Source: an uncultured virus (IMG/VR IMGVR_UViG_3300043105_000059) (Duplodnaviria; Heunggongvirae; Uroviricota; Caudoviricetes). Taken from it: a stretch of 20,000 bases of DNA. Positions 1 through 7,331 of this stretch are shown here, one piece after another; positions within the stretch are counted from its first letter, which is position 1, and each line of letters begins with the position of its first letter. A program made the position numbers and the translations under genes. The notes beneath the pieces are model-generated. The model made no database searches. It was not told where the DNA came from and saw only the letters and a program-made list of their open reading frames with translations. The stretch is from the IMG/VR virus record IMGVR_UViG_3300043105_000059. One strand, 5' to 3'.

Positions 1-35
1 CGGAGTTGGGGTACACTCAAGTTTCCAACCATTCC

Positions 36-72
36 AATGGTGACGCTCTACTAAATAACGAGCGTCACCATT
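36..72. repeat. Perfect 13-bp inverted repeat (hairpin) just downstream of the RNA ligase gene; terminator or part of a structured RNA
   Basis: AATGGTGACGCTC (36-48) and GAGCGTCACCATT (60-72) with an 11-nt loop; no U-tract on the minus strand. Confidence 0.6.
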
Positions 73-100
73 ATCATTTACTTGTCTAAGTATTCTAAAT

Positions 101-1477
101 TTAAGCATTATCCTCAATATTTACAGAATTGTCAGCAAGTTCTTGTTTAACAAAAGCAAAACATTTTAACTTAAAAGCTTCAGAACGCATATTTTCTACC
201 TTAATAACTAGTCCTTCATGAGGAACTTTATTATTACAACTAGGTGAAGGTTCTTCCATATAAAAATCTTTGTTATTAGTGAGGAAATTTATAAAATTCT
301 CACAATAACTTAGATTATCATCATAGCCATTCATACCCCAAGTAAGCTTACCAGCTTCTCCGTAGTAATATTCAGTTACTGGAATTAAACCATTATTCTT
401 ACACCATTGTTGTACTTCTTTAGCAGAAAACTCATGTACTTTACCATCCTCATTAGTTAAAGTAATTCTATATACTCGTACTTTAAAGTTTATTTCTGGT
501 TCGAATGATACTTTACCATTTTCATCAGTTTTTGGAGGGCAACATCCATAATCATAATTCTTCTGAATGAAATTACCATTAGGTAAGTATCCAACTATCT
601 CGTAATATAAGGACATACCTTTCCAGAGTTTGTCTTTAACATACTCATGTGCATACTTCCATATATCACAAGTTTCTTCAACACCTTGATATCTATTCTT
701 AATTACATTCTTAGAAGAATATAAATATTCATAGCTTCTCCAGTTAATACACCAATCACCTATTGTATTAGATAACCAGTTTATTAGCTTATCTCGCCAA
801 GATAACTTGCTCTTACAAAGTAAATATGCTGACACTCCGCTAGTACCATGAATTTTCTCAGTAATACTAACTATATCATCATAATTTACTACATAAGGAC
901 ATTTTTTAATAAGGACTGTTTGATAGTGTAGTCTAAATTGTCCATCAAGGAGGAGGTCAAATCCTCCGGAATCCTTAACTTCTTTAAATTTAGATACTTG
1001 TACTTGGTTTCTTGCTTTCTTACATATCCAGATTGATCCTCCTTTAAATTCGATTGTGTCGAATTCTTTGTTTTCGTCTTTACTTGACTCATAATCACTT
1101 ATAGTTGTATAATTTTGTAACCATTCTAAGAGTATCTTATACTCTATTAAAAAGCCTTCTGAAACTAAACCCTTCAATTTAATAGCAGTTACTTTACCAT
1201 TATCCTCAAAGAATCCTTTCTTACTAGTATCTGCATTAAGATTAGAATGCCTATACAAGTTTGTAAATTTCAGAAAATCAGGATTAATAGTAGATAAAGT
1301 TGGAAAATATACATACAAACCAGTAGGAGAATCAACACTAACAATAACTCTATAACCATCAACAGTAGCAACCTTTAATTTAGTTACTTCGGGATTTGGA
1401 TGATTAGAAAATTCTGTAATGTTAATAATCTTAGCAAGATAGTTAATATCTGCATTAGTACTTTTTATTAATTCCAT
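101..1477 (-). CDS. RNA ligase, Rnl2-like/DraRnl (DRB0094)-type, with N-terminal OB-like domain
   Basis: Nucleotidyltransferase motifs TEKIHGTS (I), YEIVG (III), HEGLVIK (IV), AFKLK (V); N-terminal HPNPEVTKLKVATVDGYRVIV...YVYFP...LKGLVSEG resembles the DraRnl N-domain. Confidence 0.85.
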   Translation of the reverse strand: MELIKSTNADINYLAKIINITEFSNHPNPEVTKLKVATVDGYRVIVSVDSPTGLYVYFPTLSTINPDFLKFTNLYRHSNLNADTSKKGFFEDNGKVTAIKLKGLVSEGFLIEYKILLEWLQNYTTISDYESSKDENKEFDTIEFKGGSIWICKKARNQVQVSKFKEVKDSGGFDLLLDGQFRLHYQTVLIKKCPYVVNYDDIVSITEKIHGTSGVSAYLLCKSKLSWRDKLINWLSNTIGDWCINWRSYEYLYSSKNVIKNRYQGVEETCDIWKYAHEYVKDKLWKGMSLYYEIVGYLPNGNFIQKNYDYGCCPPKTDENGKVSFEPEINFKVRVYRITLTNEDGKVHEFSAKEVQQWCKNNGLIPVTEYYYGEAGKLTWGMNGYDDNLSYCENFINFLTNNKDFYMEEPSPSCNNKVPHEGLVIKVENMRSEAFKLKCFAFVKQELADNSVNIEDNA

Positions 1478-1479
1478 AT

Positions 1480-1794
1480 TTACCCTTTATTTTCAAAGCA
1501 AAGATTATCTAGATTATAAGACGCTAAAGTATTAAACCAAGCCATATAACTTTCATCTTCCAATTCTTCTGGAGTTAGTTTATTAACATTTATGTTAACC
1601 CAATAATCATCGTTACCTTCTAAATCCTCGTACATCCCATATTCATCATGTGCATCGTCTAAGAATTCGTCTGGATTAATATTTAACCTCTCAGTGTGTT
1701 CATCTTCTGTCATTTCAGATTCAGAATAACCTGCATAGTGTAAACTAAAACGATCATCACCGTTCAGTTCAGATGTAATAAGAAATTTATTCAT
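1480..1794 (-). CDS. Hypothetical, very acidic protein
   Basis: 104-aa ORF overlapping the DNA ligase stop and ending 2 nt before the RNA ligase start; about 27 D/E versus 5 K/R. Confidence 0.75.
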   Translation of the reverse strand: MNKFLITSELNGDDRFSLHYAGYSESEMTEDEHTERLNINPDEFLDDAHDEYGMYEDLEGNDDYWVNINVNKLTPEELEDESYMAWFNTLASYNLDNLCFENKG

Positions 1795-2986
1795 AATCTC
1801 TAATAGATTTTAATACTGGTTGTAATGGAGTACCAGCATCTGAGTAATAAAAATACTTTACAGTAGCCATTTTACCAATCAATTTATCTAAATTATCACG
1901 ATATTGTTGCTTAATTTCTCTAGAACCCATAGGTTTTGCTTTAAATGGGATTCCATCGGAAGTTATTAGCTCAAAACACATATCTTCATCACGAAGACCT
2001 TCAGATAATCCTACAATCTCGTATTCAGAATCAAAATAATGCTTGATTTTTATCATATCATTCGTGCGACCATTAGGTCTATACACTTTTTCAGGATCTC
2101 TGATAACAAGACCTTCCCAACCTTCACTTACGTATTGATCGTGTAGTTTATTCATATTATTCCAGCCAGTAACTTGTACATGAGGAACAAATTGAATAGG
2201 TAATTCACCTTCTTCAAAGTCGTAATCAGGTTGAAATTGTAAATTAAGTGTATCTCGGATTTCCATTAGAACTTTTAGACGCTCTTTAAATGTCTTAGTA
2301 GTATCTACAATATCATACAAATAATATTGTAACCAATCCATATCATAAGCATTCTTTTCCATTCTAGCGGCACCACTAATCTGCTGCAACGACTTGCCAT
2401 GTCTATATAATTCTCCGTCTAAAATTAAATTAGGATGTTCAGTAAACAATTTAACTAATCCAGGATTTTCTGTAATATGATGAGTAGAGTAATCGTAATG
2501 CTCTCCGCCTCTGGAAGCAGTATGTATAGCCCCATCTCGGAAGTACATGAGCATTCTAACACCATCAATCTTTCTTGAAGCATACCAAACTTTATTATAG
2601 ATTTTTTGATTAGTCACTTTATCAGCTTGCTTAGCAAGCATAGGTTTCATAACCCCAGCTTGATTAGTAGCTTGATCTCCAACAATTTCACGTAATTGAT
2701 CTGAAGTGTAAGTATCTGGATCATCATCTAGTTCTTTATAACCTTTATCCTTATACTCCTTGAGTTTAGAATTAAACTGAAGTCTGGCTTGTTCTGTAAC
2801 AGTTCTATTAGCTTTACCGCAAGTAATTGTAATAGGAGGTTGTTCTGTTAGTTTACCACCAAATATTCCCGTAGTTCTATTTAGAATAAATCCATGAACG
2901 TCGTCATCCCAATGAACTTCAAGTTGTACTTGTCTTATTTTATTCTTTGAGTCTATAGATACTAAATATTTATTAAGTTGATCCAT
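1787..2986 (-). CDS. lig: ATP-dependent DNA ligase with N-terminal WGR-like extension
   Basis: KPMLA, SRKIDGVR (motif I), LDGELY, YLYDI, EGLVIR, MIKIK, and C-terminal OB fold ATVKYF...PLQPVLKSIRDYE. Confidence 0.95.
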   Translation of the reverse strand: MDQLNKYLVSIDSKNKIRQVQLEVHWDDDVHGFILNRTTGIFGGKLTEQPPITITCGKANRTVTEQARLQFNSKLKEYKDKGYKELDDDPDTYTSDQLREIVGDQATNQAGVMKPMLAKQADKVTNQKIYNKVWYASRKIDGVRMLMYFRDGAIHTASRGGEHYDYSTHHITENPGLVKLFTEHPNLILDGELYRHGKSLQQISGAARMEKNAYDMDWLQYYLYDIVDTTKTFKERLKVLMEIRDTLNLQFQPDYDFEEGELPIQFVPHVQVTGWNNMNKLHDQYVSEGWEGLVIRDPEKVYRPNGRTNDMIKIKHYFDSEYEIVGLSEGLRDEDMCFELITSDGIPFKAKPMGSREIKQQYRDNLDKLIGKMATVKYFYYSDAGTPLQPVLKSIRDYE

Positions 2987-2997
2987 TATAAAATACT

Positions 2998-3306
2998 TTA
3001 TGATTCTGATTCTTTTGTATCTTGTTCGTATACAGACTTAGGTACTAGTTCTATGCCGTTACCTGTAAAATCTTTTGGCAAATAAGTAAAGAATACACCT
3101 ATCTTACCCTTTTGAGCAATATCAAGTATATTCTTCTTATTTTCATCAGATAAATAGCCTTCTACTAATATAGAATAAGCAGTACGTTCTTTAATAAAGC
3201 GTTCACCTACATAAGATGTTACAGCTTTAATACAATCTGGTATTAGATCAAAGGCGTCCGTAGCTCCCGCTACGAACACCACTTGAATAAATACTAAATC
3301 ACTCAT
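2998..3306 (-). CDS. Hypothetical protein (start revised to MSDLVFIQ)
   Basis: ATG at 3306 overlaps the upstream stop (ATGAGTGA); the track's start at 3444 would overlap the upstream gene by about 145 nt. Confidence 0.7.
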   Translation of the reverse strand: MSDLVFIQVVFVAGATDAFDLIPDCIKAVTSYVGERFIKERTAYSILVEGYLSDENKKNILDIAQKGKIGVFFTYLPKDFTGNGIELVPKSVYEQDTKESES

Positions 3307-3556
3307 CCAATTCGTCTTCATCATAATCACCCGGTGTACCACTTTCGTCACTATACCAATCATAATCGTAGAAAACTTTAGCATCATTGTTAAGCTCTTT
3401 ACAAGAAATCCAGATGTTAGGTTTTCCAGCGTTATTACTAACAAAATTATTAATTACTTGTTTCATTTCTCTTTCAGCATCATCCTTATCAGTGGTAATG
3501 TACAAGGGGTTAGGCTCCCCATGAAACATAATTTGAACTGTATATAAAGTCATCAT
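3299..3556 (-). CDS. Hypothetical protein with acidic C-terminal tail
   Basis: 85-aa ORF after an AT-rich spacer, coupled to the next gene. Confidence 0.7.
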   Translation of the reverse strand: MMTLYTVQIMFHGEPNPLYITTDKDDAEREMKQVINNFVSNNAGKPNIWISCKELNNDAKVFYDYDWYSDESGTPGDYDEDELDE

Positions 3557-3586
3557 AATTTTAAATTTTATTAAATTAATCTTTTA

Positions 3587-3790
3587 TTACCAATCATAAC
3601 TTTTAATATTTTTATTTACTTTATGGTACTTAAAATTATGGTTAGCAATTATACATTCTAATAAATAATTTTCAACATCTCCATCTCTAAGATAAAAATT
3701 AATAATATTAAATATATAATCTTTATTTTTAGAGTTGAAATGTTGACCTGTAGAATGTATAAATTGATAAAAGAAATCTTCTGCCGTCAT
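3587..3790 (-). CDS. Hypothetical protein
   Basis: 67 aa; ATGA overlap with the dut stop codon. Confidence 0.65.
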   Translation of the reverse strand: MTAEDFFYQFIHSTGQHFNSKNKDYIFNIINFYLRDGDVENYLLECIIANHNFKYHKVNKNIKSYDW

Positions 3791-3975
3791 TTATCCCCAG
3801 TATGTCCGAAACCTCCAGCACCTCTTGTAGTTTCATCAAGTGAATTTACAGGAACCCACTGAATCTTAGAAACTTGCTCTAAAGTAATTTGAGCTATACG
3901 ATCTCCATGACGTACTACAAAATTATTATCAGGATCAGTATTTATTAAAATAACTCCAATTTCACCGCGATAATC
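3787..3975 (-). CDS. dut: dUTPase exon 2
   Basis: DYRGEIGVIL (motif 3, second half), GDRIAQ (motif 4), RGAGGFGHTG (motif 5); joins exon 1 in frame to give GCIDA|DYRGE, 172 aa spliced. Confidence 0.95.
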   Translation of the reverse strand, partial: DYRGEIGVILINTDPDNNFVVRHGDRIAQITLEQVSKIQWVPVNSLDETTRGAGGFGHTGDK

Positions 3976-4232
3976 CATTTATGTTATCCTAAAGACTCTT
4001 TATTCTTTAGTTCTGCAGTTTCATTAGTTATATCTGCAGGTCGGACTATATCTTCTCCAACAATATTTATAATTTGTTGGAGCAGGGCACTCGTGGTAGC
4101 ATTACTATCCTCGCTAAGGACTCGGCTACTAGTCTCTGAACCTTCAAGAGTATTACTACTCAAGCTTGGCTGCTGATTGTCCACCTCTGGAGTTTCCAGC
4201 AATTCACCCTGTTTTAAGACGCCAATTATCGC
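3976..4232 (-). ncRNA. Group I ribozyme catalytic core (IGS, P3-P9)
   Basis: Canonical P/Q/R/S elements, extra helices between P7 and P3' (GTAGC/GCTAC, TCCT/AGGA), P9 CTGCAG...CTGCAG and CTAAAGA...TCTTTAG, terminal G. Confidence 0.9.
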
Positions 4233-4973
4233 TTTATATTTTTCAGATCGTTCATGTGCTTTAGTATTATGGTATGTAGTATGTTCAGAACGTGTTAGTA
4301 TTTGAAGATTTTCTAAACGATTGTCTGTTTTTATTTCATTTATATGATGCACATCATATTCATCTTTTAGAACAATCCATCCATTAACATTCTCAAAATA
4401 CTTAGGATCAAACTTATCATGATTTCTTTCAATTACTAATCTATGCTGTCTAACTCTAGATCCTTGAACACTTTTATCACAGGGTTTTGGATGTCCTGGA
4501 CAATACTCTAACACGTAACCTAAATTAGAAATTGTTTCTTTACCCTTAAAACTTGCATTTTTATCACCAGTAAGTCCATATTGATGATTATTTTCTCCTA
4601 AATATGTAGTTTCTCTTAATTTGTTACTACATTCTTTACTACAACAAATTTGCGTTTTAACTTTTTTTATTCTACTAGGTTTCGCATAGAATTGGTTACC
4701 GCAAATAGGGCAAGTACAATTTAACTCAGTCTTTTTTCTAAATAAAGCTGAGCAAGTAGTGCTACAACATTGATAGGTCTTTGCACGACTCGGAGTAACG
4801 TATTCTATTTTACCACAATAAGCACATATTACTTCTATTTTATCTACAGCATTCTTTTCATTCGGTTTTCCTTTACTGTGTTCATCCGAACATTGTTTAC
4901 AACAATATTTTCGATGAGCACTTTTCTTTCCTAAGAAAGTTTTTCCACAATTTAAACAAATATATTCTACCAT
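3984..4973 (-). CDS. Intron-encoded HNH homing endonuclease with three N-terminal Cys-rich zinc-finger repeats
   Basis: CxxC...CCxxxC three times; VRQHRLVIE...DVHHINEIKTDNRLENL HNH motif; ATG at 4973 (MVEYIC) preferred over the TTG at 5006. Confidence 0.9.
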   Translation of the reverse strand: MVEYICLNCGKTFLGKKSAHRKYCCKQCSDEHSKGKPNEKNAVDKIEVICAYCGKIEYVTPSRAKTYQCCSTTCSALFRKKTELNCTCPICGNQFYAKPSRIKKVKTQICCSKECSNKLRETTYLGENNHQYGLTGDKNASFKGKETISNLGYVLEYCPGHPKPCDKSVQGSRVRQHRLVIERNHDKFDPKYFENVNGWIVLKDEYDVHHINEIKTDNRLENLQILTRSEHTTYHNTKAHERSEKYKAIIGVLKQGELLETPEVDNQQPSLSSNTLEGSETSSRVLSEDSNATTSALLQQIINIVGEDIVRPADITNETAELKNKESLG

Positions 4974-5067
4974 ACTAATTTTTTTAATATGGTTAAATAT
5001 AGACAATTTTATTGGAATAACCTAATAAAAATAATAAATTGTGTAGTAACTGTTAATATATAATTTT

Positions 5068-5397
5068 AGCGTCTATACAACCTGGCGTGTTAAGAACAGT
5101 TATACCGTGTTTAAGAGCTAATCCGCTACGAGGTCTTACTTTTATTTCATAACCTTCTGGAATTGCAACGAATAAACCAGTAGGAATAAGTGCTCTACCT
5201 CCGGGACGGATAACCACAGCACCACCTTCTGTATAAAATTGATTATCTAAGATACAATCAACTCCTTTAACATTAAGTATTCCATGAATATCTGCTCGCA
5301 CATCCATACCAGCAGAACCATCGGTTTCATAACTAGGAAGTGGATTATTCCATTGTTCATCATAATATTGCTTTTGCTTTACTTTTACTTCTACCAT
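5068..5397 (-). CDS. dut: dUTPase exon 1
   Basis: GSAGMDVRA (motif 1), LIPTGL, RPRSGLA (motif 2), NTPGCIDA (motif 3, first half); the unspliced frame stops 4 codons into the intron. Confidence 0.95.
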
Positions 5398-5402
5398 TTT
5401 AT

Positions 5403-5654
5403 TTAAGCATTAAAAGTCCATAAATACAAACCTAACCACACAAAAAGACACCCGATTAATACAGTTAGCACTTTAAAAGTTTGTACAAACCAAGACATCT
5501 CTTCTGGATTACGTTTTATATATTCCCAAATTTCCGGATATTTGTTGTCCGTATCTAATTTCGCTATATCATCAATACTCATGTTACATACATTAACAGT
5601 CATACGTACATACCAGAATATTATAAACAAACCTAAGATTCGTATAACTAACAT
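5403..5654 (-). CDS. Small membrane protein (two predicted TM helices)
   Basis: Hydrophobic stretches [11 protein letters not shown] and [18 protein letters not shown]. Confidence 0.7.
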   Translation of the reverse strand: MLVIRILGLFIIFWYVRMTVNVCNMSIDDIAKLDTDNKYPEIWEYIKRNPEEMSWFVQTFKVLTVLIGCLFVWLGLYLWTFNA

Positions 5655-5905
5655 TTATTACGATAATAATTAATTATATCATAAATCAATTGTTCTGGAT
5701 CATTAGCAACATATACTGTTGTATACATTCTACTTATATCACAAGCTAACCCAGATAAAGGAGCATAATTCTCTTCGTAATCATCAACATGATCTTCAAA
5801 GAAATCATCGTCTACAAAATAAGGCTCGCGTGTACTCTCAAGTACTTCACCTATATTTGGAGTTTGTGTATATTGTACACTACCTAAACTTTTAAAATTA
5901 ATCAT
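5648..5905 (-). CDS. Hypothetical protein
   Basis: 85 aa, overlaps both neighbours; C-terminal IYDIINYYRN motif shared with the upstream gene. Confidence 0.7.
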   Translation of the reverse strand: MINFKSLGSVQYTQTPNIGEVLESTREPYFVDDDFFEDHVDDYEENYAPLSGLACDISRMYTTVYVANDPEQLIYDIINYYRNKC

Positions 5906-6144
5906 AGAAAACCAACATTTAAATTAGAAATTTCTGTAGTTTTAGACACCTCATGATTATTTCTGTAATAATCAATCACATCTCTTAATGGATTGTAATA
6001 ATCACTAATATACAGTAATGAATAATGTTGTGCATCACCTGCCCAAAAAATACCACTTTGCCATTCCTCACCTTTTTCCTGTTCAAAAATATCTACGTTA
6101 CCATATATATGATTTCTAATCCACTTTTTATTCACAGCAAACAT
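5902..6144 (-). CDS. Hypothetical protein (start probably MFAVNKK at 6144; alternative 6183)
   Basis: ATG at 6144 lies 2 nt after the stop of a small upstream ORF; contains LRDVIDYYRN. Confidence 0.65.
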   Translation of the reverse strand: MFAVNKKWIRNHIYGNVDIFEQEKGEEWQSGIFWAGDAQHYSLLYISDYYNPLRDVIDYYRNNHEVSKTTEISNLNVGFL

Positions 6145-6146
6145 GG

Positions 6147-6242
6147 TTATAGCTCCTTTAATATTTCTGGAGTTATTTTCCATTTAGGTTTTACTTTTTG
6201 CAACTCTTTACAGAATTGTTCTTCAAGTTCTTCACAAGTCAT
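6147..6242 (-). CDS. Small 31-aa ORF not in the track (MTCEELEEQFCKELQKVKPKWKITPEILKEL)
   Basis: ATG overlaps the end of the upstream gene; TAA is followed after 2 nt by the next ATG; fills the gap between genes. Confidence 0.5.
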   Translation of the reverse strand: MTCEELEEQFCKELQKVKPKWKITPEILKEL

Positions 6243-6624
6243 TTTGCACTTCGATTGAGGCTTTAGCCCATTCATCTAAGTCAATATGCAAACAATTATC
6301 CAATTTAAAGTAATATTTAGAATTCTGAGTAGTAAAATACTCAGAATTCCAATTAATAGACTCTATATTAGAAGTTCTATACCACTCACTTCCAGCATCT
6401 ATGTAAAGAGATACACCTTCGGCAAAGATAGCACACCAACCTTCAAACCTAAAACCATCATCTTTCCATATAATTATATAACCACAAGAGCTATGCTGAA
6501 TATTATAGATTTGTTCTGTAGACAAACCCTTTTCAGCTAATTCAATGGAATTACAATGCCATAGATTATTAAGAGGTATTAAATTAGATATTGCTATTAA
6601 ATCCGTAAATTTAAGTTCTCGCAT
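6232..6624 (-). CDS. Hypothetical protein
   Basis: 130-aa ORF within the operon, overlapping its neighbours. Confidence 0.7.
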   Translation of the reverse strand: MRELKFTDLIAISNLIPLNNLWHCNSIELAEKGLSTEQIYNIQHSSCGYIIIWKDDGFRFEGWCAIFAEGVSLYIDAGSEWYRTSNIESINWNSEYFTTQNSKYYFKLDNCLHIDLDEWAKASIEVQNDL

Positions 6625-6898
6625 CCTTTAAGTAATTAATTAAATCTTCTATAGGGTCTTCACAAGCTTCTTTGTAAAAGAGTTTATTTAAGTCACCATT
6701 CTTCATAACTATAATAAATGGATTTAATCTAGCCCCATACTCACTTTTTAATTTATAAGCACTAGTTTTATCCGAGTGATATTCCGTATTTAAAATAGTG
6801 AAATAAATAGACTCTTTCTCTTTATTTACAGGTATGATAGCATCTGTAAACTTTTTTGATTCTTTAGAATTATTGACTACTATAGTTATGTTTAACAT
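6611..6898 (-). CDS. Thioredoxin-fold-like protein lacking CxxC
   Basis: KSEYGARLNPFIIVMKNG resembles the Trx cis-Pro segment (kygvrsiPtlilfknG); 95 aa; no CxxC. Confidence 0.45.
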   Translation of the reverse strand: MLNITIVVNNSKESKKFTDAIIPVNKEKESIYFTILNTEYHSDKTSAYKLKSEYGARLNPFIIVMKNGDLNKLFYKEACEDPIEDLINYLKDART

Positions 6899-6899
6899 T

Positions 6900-7331
6900 T
6901 TAGTCCAAGGGTGTTAAGTAGAAATGATTATAATCTATATTTAAATGATAAGCACCATTAAGAACATGATCCAGCTCAAAATCACTAAAATAACTAACCC
7001 AATCCACCTTAATATAAGGTCTTAAATTAGCAGGTTCTATAACCATAGAGTCTTCATACTCTTCCTTAAGTTGCTGAATACAATTAAATACTAATTTATC
7101 AGCATCTTTACTATCAAGAACTTGAAAGCTTCTAGTTAAGTGCCCATCATTTATAGTTACCATATTAGGAAGAATTTCCTCTGTAACTTTTAATGCGTCG
7201 AGATTTTCAGTATCAGCATCTATAAATAACAAAGCAGCTACAACTTTATAAGGTTTTTCAAATTCCTGCTTTTTAGCAAATTCCATGTAAACTTTAGCTG
7301 CTGCCTCATCAACAAAATAGTCTGTAATCAT
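6900..7331 (-). CDS. Acidic hypothetical protein, paralog of 7328-7768
   Basis: Shared VAAL and (L/I)RxYI..DW..Y motifs. Confidence 0.75.
   Translation of the reverse strand: MITDYFVDEAAAKVYMEFAKKQEFEKPYKVVAALLFIDADTENLDALKVTEEILPNMVTINDGHLTRSFQVLDSKDADKLVFNCIQQLKEEYEDSMVIEPANLRPYIKVDWVSYFSDFELDHVLNGAYHLNIDYNHFYLTPLD

Larger units (their letters stand above)
3976..5067 (-). mobile_element. Group I self-splicing intron (IA-like) in dut, 1092 nt, carrying an HNH homing endonuclease
   Basis: 5' exon ends in U (GCT|), intron ends in G (ATAAATG|GAT). P AATTGCTGGAAA 4193-4204, Q AATCAGCAG 4170-4178, R TCAGAGACTA 4130-4139, S AAGATATAGTCC 4043-4054. P3 CAGGGT/GCCCTG, P4 TGCTG/CAGCA, P7 GACTA/TAGTC. 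IGS at 4217-4232. Confidence 0.95.

Noticed and set aside
3307..3444. N-terminal extension of ORF 2998-3444
   Set aside because: Overlaps gene 3299-3556 in another frame; the coupled ATG at 3306 is more plausible
3787..5397. dut as a pseudogene, or two separate genes with ATG at 3978
   Set aside because: The ATG includes the intron's terminal G; splicing restores an intact motif 3
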